The translations under genes were made by a program, and so were the position numbers. The notes below the pieces were generated by a model, which saw only the letters and a list, made by a program, of their open reading frames with translations, was not told where the DNA came from and did not search any database. DNA of 64,000 nt from Trichoplax adhaerens (Eukaryota > Animalia > Placozoa), in NCBI RefSeq assembly GCF_000150275.1, contig NW_002060945.1, positions 3,619,172 to 3,683,171 of the forward strand, given 5' to 3'. This document shows positions 26,576 through 40,600 of the stretch, piece after piece; position 1 is the stretch's first letter, and each line of letters starts with the position of its first letter.

Positions 26576-27357
26576 GTACAACAGCTGTGACTTTGAAAAA
26601 TGATTGTTTTGGTCAACGCTGAATTGAAGTAGAAAAAAATGAATAACAAATAGCGCACATTTGAAAATAATTTCTTTAGCCAATCTTCCTTTTCAGTCAA
26701 AAATGAATAAGAATGATTTATAAATCACTGCATCAACATTATACGTAATATCATGCTGTCCTCTGTACAGTAGTGTATATGATATATACTCGTATCTCTC
26801 ATCAATTCTGCATTTCATTATAGCAAACATATTGTCCATGTTCCGCTGATACTTGGTCAATCAGCATGGAAATGATCGAAGCCAACACACTGGTGTTATG
26901 TACAATAGCGATGCAAAAGTTGGTATACAGTATGTAGTCCGAACTGTCCATCAATTGGTCGCGGTAATGCTGGCCATAATTTCAAAAGTTAAAGTCTACA
27001 GTTTACCCTAGCCAATGGATAATTTACAATCGATCATGTATTGTACTTTCTGTACCTTATTGTACCATGAAGAATTCATCAAGCCTTCAAGAGAACATTC
27101 TCTGTGTACTGTATAGCACTACGTTCTCTAAACATCAAATGGATCAAAAATACGACATTTTTCACTTAGCCTAGATGCATGGTTTACGTAGAAATTACAA
27201 AAAGTCAACAACGAGAAAGAGATCACTCGCAATTATGATTATCTGAGCTGTACAAATTACATCTTTTATTAACTTAATTCTGACAAGAGAATCAATAAGA
27301 AAATATTAGGAGCAGTCATTAAGTAATAAAAGATTTTTTCAATTTACACCTCTCTAG

Positions 27358-30116
27358 CTAGTGATTATGTTTCACTTCCGATTGCGAACGCCTTTTTGCA
27401 TTGAGTTCGTCATCAAAGAACAGCTCACACATTTTTTCAAGGAATTCCTGCTTTTTCATTGTATCCATTTTATGACTTGCCATTTCATTGTAAACCTGAA
27501 GTTTAGAAAAATTTCCAGTCGTATCAGTAAAGTCGAATGTCGCAGCCCGGCCAGCACAAGCAAAACATCTTGTCCAATTCCAATATATACGTCACTGCAT
27601 GTGACTTAAATTAATTTACAATTTGATTCAATGACACCTAACCTCATTTACAGTTTCCGTTATGGCACCAGTACTTAATAATTGAACACTCTCAATCAAG
27701 CTTCAAGAGTAAAAAAAATTAGGGAGTTACTTTCAATCCAATGAATAACAAACAAACGGGATTTCCTTTAATTAATAATTGTAATACTCATTTCTTACAT
27801 AAGATACAATAAACGTATTAAAATCTATAAAGTGTTACTCACCTTTTCGAATTAATTATCAATTGGTTCGCTGCCTGCAATCGGTATAGCAGCCGATAAT
27901 ATAACTCACATGTAATTTCTCCTATATAGAGAGAGAGAGAAAACCATACGTTATCATTGCAAATGATACATAAATACACTTACAGCATAGTTAATTACTT
28001 TTATCCACAACAGCATTATAGCAAATTAACTGTCTATGAGTAAATAGTTATTGTTTTGCACAAATCAAGTAAGGACTTTCAAGCTGTTACCTTTCTCATT
28101 GACATCTAGACTTTCATACAGTACCACTGCTTCTGAATAAAAATCTAACTCAAAAAATAGAATGAGTGTATAAATTAGCCTATATACAATAACGTTACAC
28201 TGTAAAATATCTAGACTACCCTCACCACTTTATAGAAGAAAATTCACAGATTACAAAAATATTGAGGTGTACAGTATAGGTGCTGCATACTATACCTATG
28301 AATAAAAGGCTGTCGCGGATACCCCAGTAGAAAACATCAAAGATAACGGAAGACTCATCGTCTACTTCTAGGTGACTTAGTAATTGACGTTGGATAGAAC
28401 TATTTAAATCCCTGAAAAAGATAATTCAACAGGCTATCAACATTATTTCAATACTATCTATCAATCCAGCCAGTCTAAGAAAGACGTTATTTTAAATATC
28501 AATAGCAAATATATCACAAGTATATATTAGTGAAACTTATTCATGGTAAACGAACTTAACAAAAAATATTCGTATACGTTAAATGTAGGTGTTTACAATA
28601 AATTTTCAATGGAACATCAAGGTTATGATGATTTTCAATAGATACAGTGATATACATTACCTGGTAATTAAGTTAAGTAATTCGTTATAAATTTTTCCAG
28701 TTATACTAGTACCTAGTAAGTTGTTTAAACGAAAAACTACACTTAGGCCCAATATCGATCATATAAATAACAAATATACACAACATTTTCTAGTACTATA
28801 CAGAAGTACTAATACCAATAGTTCAGATATTACAGTAGTATACTCAATCGATTTACTTCGCAGTAATTACTTACATAAGGCTAATACCGTACTCACTTGA
28901 ATCGTCGCTAGCTAGTTGTATGAATGTTTTCTTAACATGTCGCAGAAAGGTAGGTCTTGAGTGATGAACAAGCATCAGATTCTGATATGCTGTACTGATA
29001 TCTGCATTTTCTGTACAAGCATTGCGAAAGCTATAATTGATTGAAAGAAATTGACATAATTTAAGACAAGGGCTTGCGATCGCACATTCAATGATATACC
29101 TTCGATGTTTGCGCGCGTTTTATAACTATTCTTCAAGTAGAAAGACGATGCAACTGTACTACGATACATTTACCATATAAATCTCTAAATCGAATAAAGA
29201 CTTTGTCCTATACATCTATAGTTATAAACTTAGGCTTATAGCCGAAAAAAATGTAATATATGGGGAGTCTACATGCATGGCCAAATTAGCCCTTCTTGGC
29301 AGTTTTTGGCAATACTACCATCACTACTACTATAGGCAGGCTCTTCATAAGCGACTATACTAAACATATGTCTCTCATTTAACTAAATTTAACTAATTAA
29401 GACAAAGATCAAAACTTTATTGATTACGAATAGCGAGGTAATTTTTAACCAAACTACATCATATATATAATATATATATATAATTATTAACTACATAAGT
29501 ACATATTATAAATATTCAATTATCTATTTGAAAATTGATGAAAGATGGATATACATGTTCTTAGTATATACTAAATTCACTTATGCAATACAAGCAACAT
29601 TACAGCTATTGACTAAAATAATCTCGAAATACGTATATCAATTTAACTAGTATTACTCAAGACTGGATAGCGGATACTAATAATTACCGTTGGTGCTCGT
29701 TGAATAACTCTATTATAATATTGAAGTTGCATCTATCCTTGTACAAGATAGTAATTAATTCATAATATCAATTCATGTTGTAAGGGGCACGAATGACACT
29801 CTATCTAATCTACTACGACTTACAATTGGCTTAAAAAATAAATAGGATCATCAGGTTTATTTTCCAGGACAAGGAGTAGGGCGCTTTGTAAATTACTAGC
29901 AACGCCAGCTCGATCTGTAAGATATTAAGTGAAATATACAGTATATAAAATGATCATTGCAGCTAAACTGAAACTAACTGACTGTGCACATTCGTCCTGT
30001 AAAAATTGCAATTACTGTATGTGTATAATGCATCCATAATCATACGCGTAGATTTGATAGCACTCACCCAGATATTCATTAAGTCGGACGCGAGGCCTTA
30101 GGTATTGATCACCCAT
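27358..30116 (-). CDS. TPGS1: Tubulin polyglutamylase complex subunit 1; ~9 exons
   Basis: Stitched protein: MGDQYLRPRVRLNEYLDRAGVASNLQSALLLVLENKPDDPIYFLSQFFRN...AYQNLMLVHHSRPTF...SITGKIYNELLNLITRD...VIFDVFYWGIRDSLLFIDFYSEAVVLYESLD...MKKQEFLEKMCELF. This follows the TPGS1 pattern (RIIa-like 'LE.rP..Pi.FL..YF', 'L.HHS', 'G..Y.ELL..I.RD', 'EFLE.a..LF'). Stop at 27358-27360. Confidence 0.88.
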
Positions 30117-31251
30117 GGTTGAAGATAAAACCTATTTCTAGTAATATATTTATATTTTTAAACCAACAATACATGACTCACTACTGCTAGAGTAGTGTAG
30201 TCTATACCGCATAAGCTTAGACTATTGAATTATTATAATAATGTATTATTAATTCTATACACTGTTGCAATATTTTGCAATTTGTTTGAGTTACATTTCA
30301 GTAGATAATCCTTATTCGCATTGGACGAATTGAATGAAATTAAATTGTTATACAATCTAATAGCGAAATCACATGTAGGACAATCAAGTTTTTAGCATGG
30401 AACACACTACAATTCTAAAATATCGAATCATATCGATGCGATTGTAAGTATGTTATGCTGTTGGTACCGGATTCTAACTGTCTATTAACTTCAAATTGGA
30501 CAATATTCCATGGAATTTTCACGGGTTTAGCTAGTTCTTCTTCTTCTTCTTCTTCTTTATTATTATTATGATTATGAACAAATATCAATATTTATATCCC
30601 TTTGAAGTCAATCCAGTATCCAGGCTTACTATAAGTAGGTAATCCTTTTATGCATTCGATGAATTCAACGAAATTGAATAGCTATACTGTATAATAGCCA
30701 AATTTATAAGTACTCGTATACAGCATAGCCATTTTTCCTAGCTTGGTTCATCCATCAATCCGAACCTACTGAGTAGGAGCCTGTCAGGAATAGCGAAGAA
30801 GACTTGCAGTATCAGCACAGTCAATTATAGTAGTTAGTACTACATGTAATCTACAGTATGATACAGTATAGTACTGTACAGCTCGGATTCGATCACTATA
30901 CAAGTACTCTAACTGGACACGAGCTTAAAGTATTTTAACTGAACTTGTTGTCTATTTCCCAGTTGATTTGTCAAGAATGCATGCGATCCAGACGTACAGA
31001 CAACAAGACTACCTCATTGTTGGTACCAGCGCGCTCGGTCCAGCGGGGCGACACCGTTTTACTAGTTACTACGGCCACCGGGGTGATGTCCCAACGTATT
31101 ATAGCGCTTGGACCTGCTAAACTACCAAGATGGCGCGTTGGACAGCTCCCATGCACTTTCGTCTCTAGTCATTAATCCAACGTGACGGCTTGCAAATCCT
31201 TGTATCTACCCAAATTTTCTCAAGCTAACGAATGAATGAATAAACTTGATA
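30117..31251. promoter_or_regulatory. Bidirectional promoter between TPGS1 and WAC
   Basis: Divergent ATGs about 1.1 kb apart; pentamer cluster ~30840-30900; GC-rich island 31010-31150 containing YY1-like AAGATGGCG (~31127). Confidence 0.65.
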
Positions 31252-34200
31252 ATGGAGAGAGGAAGATCAGGAAGAATTGATGGGTAATTTGGTTGTAGAA
31301 TATGAACTATTCAATTTTTGCAATACTTCTTTATTCACTCTTGAAATATCGATGCTAATCTAGTCAGTAGTCATTAAAAGGGCGATGATAACCGATACCC
31401 TACCTCATCAGTACGACTTTTAATATTCACTGTGCTTTTTTATGCTACACCAGAGCGAGTAGATTGTTAGCATGTTAGTAGAGATTATCAATCCTCCTTG
31501 TTACCGTAAAGTATTCATTGCATAGGACACATATACTAGGCGTACCAATTAATTGTGCACTTTGTTGTCCTCTACAAGTCGAACTAGTTGTATGACAACG
31601 AGTGGAAAACATAGAGGGTATCGCAGGATGTTGCCAATAGTAGATAGTTGAATATACCATAGTAGGATATAATTCCTGTGCAAACTGCGAAATGAAATAC
31701 GATAAAATGCATCAAGCTACAAAATCTGTCAAAAAGTGAACTCACTTCGTAACCGGTATAGCCATACTCCTCAAAAATCCAATTTCAAGCCGTAAATACC
31801 ACTACAGAACACACTACTGTATTAGCATAGCCATCATAATATCCGATTCTTTACTCAAGTTATAATCCGTATATATGCTACCTTAATCGATTCAATCTAT
31901 TCTACATGAAATAAAGAAACTTCTTATCTGATTGTACTCATACTAAACTACAACAGTGAACCAATTCTTTCCTAAAAAGAATATTTTGATGGAGACAAGT
32001 ATCTTGTAAACAGTAGGAAGTAATTCAGACTCAATCTACCTGGCCAATACAATATTGCCGTACAACATGGACTACACAGTTATTGCTTAAGAACTGTGAA
32101 ATAACGTAGAAATGAAAGCCTAAAGAAACGTGTGAACCCACTGAAAATGCATCAGCAACTATTACATTTCTTTACTCTTAAAAATCGACTGAAGTTGATT
32201 TCTTATTGCTTCTGCTTGCAGTGAACAAAATACTCAACTTTTGTTTATTTCGTTATATTCTGTTAATAGGTATCACGATTCACGCCATCAAGATTCTCAT
32301 AGGGTAAGTAAGTTAAAGTAAATTTTAGACAGCCTTTTCTATCCTATTAGACAATCTGTACAATATTTGGTATCGTAATGAAACTATCAAATTGTACTGT
32401 TACTATACACGTACTACTATCAAGTAAGAGATTGATCAGTCAATCAATCTACCCTCAGCTTAAACATTCTATGATCAATAACAGTTGCTTCAGATGAACT
32501 AGACTACACAATATGCTAAAGAAAGTAAAAAGGATATTTGCTATCAATAGTAATTGAAAGAATAATGCGTTACTAGCAAGTCTAGCATAGTATTAGGCCA
32601 ATCACAATTAATAAAACGATTGATTACACCTAAAAGAAGCTATCTTTAGCAAGGGTGTATCATAGTGAGGAAGGAAAATACCGAACAGTTTAATAACCGC
32701 TTGCGATTCATAAATATTACTACTATTATGCTATCGGCTTGCAATTATTGTGAATTCTATCATAAATAAAAACTAGAAAGAAATCGTTCATCTATGTAGC
32801 CTTTAAAAGCTACATTCTATTTTAAATTATTTGTCACTAACGTAGACATTTTTATTTCCCTTTTTCCTTATAGATTCGTGGTAATCATTACGCAATTGTG
32901 CTTACTTATTGTTTTAGATCAAAATACTATACTGTCACGATAGTATATTAGTTTTTCGACTACGGTAGTGGAAGATAAAATGGATTAAACTATGTATCAG
33001 AATGCTGTATGAAGGTCTAGCATACAATTTCTGCAGCCAATATTAGGAATATGACTGATTAACCTGTAATCATTTACTCTACTCATTTATAACAATCTGG
33101 ACTGCATCTACAAAGCATCTTCTGGTCACTCACCAGTAAACAAACGTGATCGCTCTCCAAGGTACTCGAGTCATCATCATCGCCACCATTCTAGATCTTA
33201 CCATACTAGTCAACGACATCGAGGTAATTAATGGTACTTAATTCCGGTTAGATAGTTATAAGCTCTTAACTGCTATAAATATTATATCTACTAACAAAAA
33301 CTTGAAAGACGATAATGTTAACTTGGTTTTTGTATTTTAAATACGAGTACTTGCTAAAATTCTGTATCACTAAACTCGAAAATAATGGAAACATACGATG
33401 ACTTTTGTCCATTAGACATTGCAAACGAAATAATGCGAAATTTTTATGATATTTACATCAATATTTTTTAATATACCTGTGCACTACTGTATAATACGCA
33501 AGAAATAAATACGTTCGAGTTCAGTATACGATTCATTATGTCATCAAACCTTTTATACAACTAATTGGTCTACTTTTACCCTCCACAGAAGCTGATTCTA
33601 CATCGCAATCCTCGAAATACCATCAAACACAGCATACTGAGTCCAGTAATCGAACATCTAGTACTCATGCCGGCCATTCTTCAGATATAATTGCTTCTCA
33701 TAGCAAAAAAACAGTAAGAGTAAGTCCTGAATTAGAATTAACCTACTGCTTTTGCTTATATATGTATATATACAATAAAAGATTGCGCCAAGGTTAATTA
33801 TAGGTGTAACTTCAAAGCAGCAATTATAACACCGAGCTACTGCATTATCAGCTTCTTAACTAATCAATATATACTATCGATATAATAAAGTCTAAAGGAG
33901 ATTGGTCAGAACATATGAGCTCTTCAGGCAGAAAGTATTACTATAACTGTAAAACAGAAGTATCGAAATGGGAAAAGCCAAAGGACTGGATTGAAGATGA
34001 CCCAAAGTACTGATTACTAGCAATATATTGTTCTAACAATTGAAACGAATGTCTTGCACTAATATGGTATTTCTGTTTTTCAATTACTTCTATACCACTA
34101 ATTACTCCAAGATCGAGTCGGTTAAATACTGATTCAGAAAGACGAAAAGGTAGCATTATTATTATCAATATCATCTACGAACATTAAAATCAATAATTTT

Positions 34201-35839
34201 CTCACATATACAGTACCATATTAAGAAAATTTTCACAGCATTATCGGTAACATTGCCATGTAATATGTTCCAATTTTTTTATCTTCCTCTAAAGACACTT
34301 CTAGCCACCATTCTACTGGATTTAATCATACTACATCTAAAAACGGTTCTACTGATCCGCAATTAAGCTCTAGTTCCAAACTCCCTAATACTGACGAGTA
34401 TCCAGTAAAGAAAAATTACATGAGTGATCATTCAGCGCCAGATTTCAAGTACTGCAATACACATCGTCATATTTCTCTATCCTTTAAATGTTCATTATGG
34501 TAAAAATTGGTAGTGAAATATTTATATTGGATCTCCTATCCTTTTATTTCAGCGAACCTCACCATAAACAGAGCACTATCCACGAATTAGTTTCCCCTGA
34601 AGAAGATGATGACGGATTTAATACGGAAGTATCAATACAAAATAAGGGTATTACAAAAGATTGATCATACAACATTCCTTGACTAACATAGTAACTTAAA
34701 GATTTCTGACAACATTAGATCTCAAAATTCTAATAACTAATATCTACGTTTGTTTTAAACTATTCAAAGAAGATCATGATAGCAGAGCATCGATTCAGTC
34801 TCCCTCACAGTCTGTACGTAATTTCTCTCAAATTCTGAAAATATTTAAAGAAATACTCATAGCCCATTCCTTGAAGTAATTAGAATCATTAACTTGATCA
34901 TTTTTCTTGTTTCTATTATATTTATTTATTGATTATGAAATGAATAATTAGCGACGAAAGTCTCAAGGCATCCTTTTGGAGTCAGGTTTGTATCGAAAAG
35001 GCTACATCCTAAACATTAACATGCTCTTTTCAGATGTAATCACATAAATTTTGATATATGATTTTTAAATGTGCTTATGTTTTATTTTCTCAAAGAGCGG
35101 ACCGGAAACTCTTCCATGAATAGTTCTCCCAAGGACATTAATGCGATAGTTAAAAATTCTTTACGGCTAAAATCGAATTCCTCTAATTTTTCTTTAAAAA
35201 CCGATACTATAAATCTTCCACCATCGTTAGGAACAAAACAATATAAAACAATAATTACTTCCTTAGAAGTAGATATACCATTAATTAATCACACTATACA
35301 ACCACCACCGACAACAGTCAATGAAGAATCGAGGCATTCGCGTAATGCTAATCCAGAAGGTGGCATTTACTACAACCAGGTTTAGTTACTATATTCCATA
35401 TCTGATTTAACAGTTCTATAATTTCCGCTACTGAACTTTTGCTTATTAAATTAGGCTGAACATATTGCAAATGATATGCTTTCCCGGTCATGCAGCGATG
35501 CTATTAAATCGAAATTTGAGATCTTTCACGCCAGAACTTATTTAAATATTGCTAGATATAAAGTTGAATGTCATGATCTCAGGTCAGTTCATACTTCGAA
35601 AGAAGTATTACTGTTATAGGCTTTGAATTACGCTGTGCTCGACTTAGTTTAAAAATCTAATATCGGCACAATCATGATAACTGTATGAAGTGTTGGACCT
35701 ATGCAAACAAATTTCTTGCTGTTTACTATTAAAAAGTCACACCTACTTATTTTTTATTTACTATTTTAAAAGACTCCAAGTTTTACTTCGTTCACATACG
35801 CAAGATGACCCCACGGTAATAGAATCTTCGAAAGTATAA
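31252..35839 (+). CDS. WAC: WW domain-containing adaptor with coiled coil; multi-exon, including a 7-nt microexon
   Basis: N-terminus [22 protein letters not shown] (cf. WAC RLSDGCHDRR). WW domain ~33889-34006 [32 protein letters not shown]-terminal coiled-coil exons 35455-35582 and ~35773-35839 (TAA 35837-35839). Confidence 0.92.
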
Positions 35840-37638
35840 TGGACTGATTGTACAAAGCTATTGTAATTATTTACACATGGCATTGCATTTTCTTAACAAT
35901 TAACATAAAGCAAACTGCAATACCTTGTTAACAGCAATTATTTTACAAATACATTCGAATTAATTTACTTCCATCGATGTCTCACCTAGGAATCTTTACT
36001 ACATCAATGATTTACTAATTTTATAAATAATGATATGGATACTATCATTACGTAATAAAAAGGTTTTCTTCATTTTCCAATACGTGCATGTTTTATTTTT
36101 TACCTTTATTGAATGTAATTACTTTGCTATAATCAAACCAGATATACTGTACGACTACCGCAGACATCATTTTATGACGTAAAGCATAACTTATACTAAT
36201 AGATACACAATATCGAATCAAGCCACGAATTCTTAGCTGCAAATTGATAATACTGGTAACCTTCGACAGACTTACATATACCATAAAAGGAGAAACTTAA
36301 GTTTACTTCAACAGTATTCCATTAATGATTGTCGTTTACTCGCCTAGATCTATCATTTAATCAGTGTTGATAAGATTACAACCAGGACTAGGACTGAAAT
36401 CTGATTAACTACTAAATACATAAAGTCATTGTCGGTTTGTTTCACGTGATATACGTATAACTTCTGCCATGAATATCATAAACTTACAACCGGCATCGTA
36501 ATAATTCAGACAATCTGAAGTAAAACGATATTAATATATACGCTCACCTTTTCTAAAGACGATGTATTTGCATCTACTAAACATAAACTAATTTTGCTGT
36601 AGTTTTACTAACTTCATAAGAGTTCAGAAACGACGTACAAAACGTTTATAACGGAATGTACCACCTTAAGTGATCAACGCGGATAATTATCGAGTCAATG
36701 CACTTCCTTTTTCTTGATCGTAGTCACTTCATACATAAGTTTGGAGACTAGGGAGTACTCTCGTAAATATCATGATTTTCTTCCCCAAGTCCTCAAGAAT
36801 GTAGCCGGTGATTACCTTTCAAGCATCATGCATTCAGGCAATCAATACGAGCATAGTTCAACTAATAGTTTGCCTTAGTGGGATTAAGAGATGAATTTTT
36901 ATTGATATAATATAGCTACATTAATTTCATTCGCTTGCACAAAACCGACCTTGTGTGTTTAATTGCATTCAACTTACCTAATCAACATGCAGATATATTT
37001 TTAAATAAATCCATGTAACGTGTAAGATCAGTAATTTAAAAAGCTCTCGAAGGAACGTAAAAAGTACTTCCATGCGAATAACTTAATGTCACAGTAAACT
37101 TTCCTCATTAGAACGATATGTATATATACATATATATATATATAATCAACCCGTTTATTTGTAACTTGAAACGCGCTTAGTAAGATAGTGTCCTAAGTTC
37201 GCACGAAGCTTACAGTAAACAATAATTACTGGCAAAGTGTTAAAATAAAACTGATAAATTTATTACCCGCGACTTTATTTCAATTGTTTAAAACCACTTA
37301 AACACCACCCGTAATACACAGAACTCAGCGAAATCCTGCTATTTTTATCAGGTAGTTATTATTAAGCTTTGGGCACATTACTCCAACTCTAGACGATAGC
37401 CCTACTAATACATTCTGTTAAGTAGTTAAATCCATAATGAAGTGTAAAATAATCGCCGTAAAGAAGTTACTGACTATAACTAAAGCATACAAAGTAACTA
37501 TAATAATTATATTTATCTTACTACGCATGATAAAGATCAAACAAGCAGCCCCGAGGTTAGCAACTGAATCGTGACTATTTCTAGCTCTACAATAAATACA
37601 CATCATTATGCAAAATTTTAACACGCTTCAATTTAGTT

Positions 37639-40600
37639 TTAATAAACCCAAGATGTGGGAACCCAAGAACTTTCATTTTGCAAACGCTCGATGATTTCTT
37701 TCAACTTTTCGTAAGTTTCATTAGGATCCAGATTCAAAATAGTTTCATCAATGTAAGAGCCGTACATTTGTTCCATGATATCTGATTCCTCTTTCATCTT
37801 CTGAAAATCAGCATACTACGAAATACATGTTATAATTCCTATCAGAATCAACAAGACCTAAAATAACTCAAATTTAACAGTCGTATTTTATTTAACTTAC
37901 TCTCTTCGTAGAATCTTCATGGCGCTTTTCAAGAATTTCAGCCGACGGTGAAGCAATGAAGACGACATAGGCTTTAAAATTACTTGACTTCAAAGCTTTA
38001 ATTGCCTACAGTGTCAAAAAACGTTCATTTTTATCCTAGTTGCAACTAACAAACTACTGTAGCTTTTCATAATTATATCGAAATCAGCCAATGTTGTTGT
38101 ATTACCTCAGGTATCAAATCCAAGACTACCATCTTTCCGGAGTTCATGACGTCTTTGACCGTTGATGCTCTAGTTCCGTAGTAATTATTTTGATAACGTC
38201 CCCATTCAAGAAATTGGTTGTCCTTTAGCTTACGCCGGAAGTGCTTCTCTGCAACGAAGTGATAATCAACTCCATCTTCTTCTCCCGATTTAGCCGGTCG
38301 AGTCGTATCTAATCATTATTTAAGATAAACTATTAAGGAATTGATAGGTAATTATCTGAGATACGCACATTTCTTTACTTACAAGGAATAGCGATACCAA
38401 GCCTTTCGGGATCACTTTCTACAAGGCGTGTTTTTATGGTTCTTTTCCCAACTCCCTTAGCTCCTAAAAGTCGTTTATTAATTTAATGAGTCTTAACTAC
38501 GTAAACACGTAACCAATATTTAATCAACTATTCCCTAACCGAGAAGATATAAACATTTATGAAATCCTGGCTTCACGCGCACAACTTCTTCATACGTCAC
38601 AACACCATGTCGTTCAAAATCTATAAAAACAATCAGTTCAGACAGTTCGCACTACTATCTGCAAGTAAAAGGAATACGTAAATAACTTACCCATGTTATT
38701 TCTAACGACATACATGGTTTCCAACTTTCTGTCGAGTCCAGTTAAACGAGCTAGAAGAGCTACCAAGAAAATCGTACTATATTAAATATAATCTTTGCAT
38801 CTCCTCTAATTTAAAATACATACAATTTGGGCGCTTAATGGCGCTGCCTGAATGCAAATGTGATTTCCTCCTTTACGAGATAAAAAATAAAATCACTGCC
38901 GGTTAACAAGTATGTAACTAAAATTGAAATAACAAGATTACTATACATATGCTATTAACCTTTCCTCAAACATGGGAGATGGGATGATACCAGTTCCTTT
39001 TTTCCCGGCAACTCTAGCCTGTGTAACATCGACTGCTATTAACGTTTTACCTAAACTATTTCTAGACAAGATCAATGTAATCATGTACCTGCCACCAGTT
39101 CTCGTCATCTAGGTTTACAATTTCCAAGATGTCACCTTTTTCGAACTCTAGTCCAGCATCCTTAGTCGGGATCTGGGGATCTTTTTCAGGATAGTAATTG
39201 AAATATGCTTTCAAGTTCGTCTGAAGTTTAGAATTAGCAAAATCAGTTTATTCTTAATACAACGCATAATTAGCTATAAAAAATAATTTACCTCGCAAAT
39301 ATTCATGCTTTCCTTATAAGATGGCGTGATTTTTAGTGTTACACTCCCAACAGCTCTTCGCTATTTTTAGGTATCAAATATACTGATTGTTACCCACGCA
39401 GTAGATTCAATGATTACTTCATGACACATGATTGATTATACATACAAGTTTATCTTGCAAGAATTCAGGACTAGTTACAGGCTGTCCATCTACTTCCTCG
39501 ATACAATCACCAATGTGAAGAAGACCTTGAACATGAATCATGCTGTCATGCAAAATGCGAGCGACATAACAGTGTCCATTGCGACTACTGATGGTAATAC
39601 CCTGAAACGTAAAAAGTGGCATAATTACCAATTTAATCCGAATACATAATGTGTACGCGAGTATAATGTACAATATACAGACTTAAAACTCTCTTTCGGC
39701 TATAGCAGTAGCCTAAACAAATGCAGAGACTATTAAACTCATACCAATGGTTGATCATCAAATTTCTGCAGTACAACAACGCGAACAGCCTCCGTTGTAG
39801 CGCTATTGATAGCTGGATCAAATGAATCAGGTTCATTTCTATACTTTCTGTTAGCAATTCTATCTAAAGCTTCAACCAATCTCTGTTGCGAATAAAGAAC
39901 GTATTATTTTAACACTTAAAACATGTTCCAATCTTGTATTCAATTAATACAACACTTACCCTAAAATGAGGTTGTTTAAGCATGATATTCAATTCATTAG
40001 CAGTTTCACTTTCTTCCACATCTGGTTCTAGTTCCGAGAGAACCTAATAAAATACACCGCATACTGTTTGTTACGAATAACCTAGCAATGATAACCTGTT
40101 TCTCGGTTTCCCTATCAAATATTACAGCTATTTACATTATCGAATCTGTGCATAAATAAAAATAAATTTCACCTGCTGTAGAGTTTCAGTATTGTTTTTG
40201 TAATCCGTTTCTTCTTCTTGAGACTCTACATTATCATAAGCCTGTATTCAGAATCAGATGATGCAGTTAGAACAATTTTTGTATAGAGCCGCCGACGTAT
40301 AATAATAACAAAAACATACTTTAGTCCGTAACGTTAATTTATAGCTCGCTATATTACGGCAGAGGTTTGATTAGGTGGAAGTAATAAAACCAAAATACAT
40401 CACAATAACTGGTCTATACAATAATCCTGTGCTTATGATACTAACACATATTTTATAATGCAACAAAACTGTACACTACAAGCTATGCTGTGTTGCATTT
40501 GTGAATGGATGTTGTATGATACAGTACAGTAATGCATGCCGTTGTGCATTATTATGGAAAGAAATATTCTCAAATTAAAAGTATCGGGTAGCGGCTGATT

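Noticed and set aside
25606-26683. ORFs rich in YCTVQYS-type peptides (also 11294, 46226, 47287, 57793)
   Set aside because: These are translations of pentamer arrays and tandem repeats, and the frames are not conserved between copies.
30945-31175. Overlapping ORFs in the GC-rich island
   Set aside because: Explained by the raised GC of the TPGS1/WAC promoter, with no similarity to a known family or exon linkage.
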